Assembly (NCBI RefSeq): GCF_016433145.1
Contig: NC_058130.1
Span: 738,532,239 to 738,596,238, forward strand
Length of the DNA: 64,000 bases
Direction of reading: 5' to 3'
Source of the DNA: Gracilinanus agilis
Taxonomy: Eukaryota
The notes beneath the pieces were generated by a model. The model ran no database searches and was not told the DNA's origin. It saw only the letters and a list, made by a program, of their open reading frames with translations. Shown one piece after another: positions 63,601 through 64,000 of the stretch (its first letter is position 1; each line of letters starts with the position of its first letter). The translations under genes were made by a program, and so were the position numbers.

Positions 63601-64000
63601 ACTGTGGCCAGGAACCTGCAAGCTGGGTGCTTGTTCATAGAGGAAACAGGAATTTAGTGAGTAGAGCAACAGGGAGTTTGGAGTGGGGCTTTGAAATAGG
63701 AAGGCACAGGTCTAATCCTCTTATTTTAGAAATGAACCCGAAGCCTGAAAAATGAAGTGGCTTGACTAAGGCCACACAGTAAGTGTAGAAGGTGGGGTTT
63801 TAAGCCATGTGTCCTGACTACAAATGCAAGACTGTCTCCCTCCTGCCACTGGGGCACAGCAAGAGGGAGACCAGCCTGGGGTGGGGGGGTTAGAATTCAA
63901 GGTGATAGAACTGGGAAGGGAAAGGCACAGCTTCGTCGAGCAGCTCTGATCCTTTGTCTTCCTAGGAAGAGGAGGATTTGCAATATGAGGAAGAAATCCT
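60655..64000 (+). CDS. XAB2: XPA-binding protein 2 / SYF1 splicing factor, 5' part (runs off the window)
   Basis: Exon 1 60655-60729 (MPEVGDAASTEAKLKTRTERPDLFF|gtaagt, cf. human ...ERPDLVF); exon 2 starts 63966 after cctttgtcttcctag and reads EEEDLQYEEEI (human EEEDLPYEEEI). Confidence 0.93.
62958..63150. mobile_element. hAT/Charlie-type MITE, family A copy 4
   Basis: TSD gtttagtg / gtctagtg. Confidence 0.88.

Overview
Vertebrate genomic DNA, almost certainly a didelphid marsupial. SINE-1_Mdo/MAR1/MIR3-type SINEs, opossum-type L1 3' ends and a Sanger-style N gap point to Monodelphis domestica. The window is syntenic with human 19p13.2, read in the opposite orientation. I rebuilt six spliced genes by eye using GT-AG boundaries and phase: MCEMP1 (-, 7 exons, exon 1 tentative), RETN (-, 111 aa), STXBP2 (-, 19 exons, 594 aa), PCP2 (+, two alternative first exons, two GoLoco motifs), PET100 (-, 74 aa) and the first 1.5 exons of XAB2 (+), which shares a bidirectional CpG promoter with PET100. 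Most of the remainder is SINE, L2, L1, hAT MITE and solo-LTR sequence, and most supplied ORFs are spurious or repeat-derived. The most interesting unexplained signals are: an in-frame chain of exon-like segments upstream of PCP2; MSR1-like 36-43 bp minisatellite units in marsupial introns; a solo LTR with a 72-bp duplicated ZNF143/CCAAT module pointing antisense into MCEMP1; an orphan retroviral RNase H fragment; and no canonical poly(A) signal for PET100. I found nothing that I can call a new biological system with confidence. All homology calls are from memory of the proteins and repeats; no searches were run.
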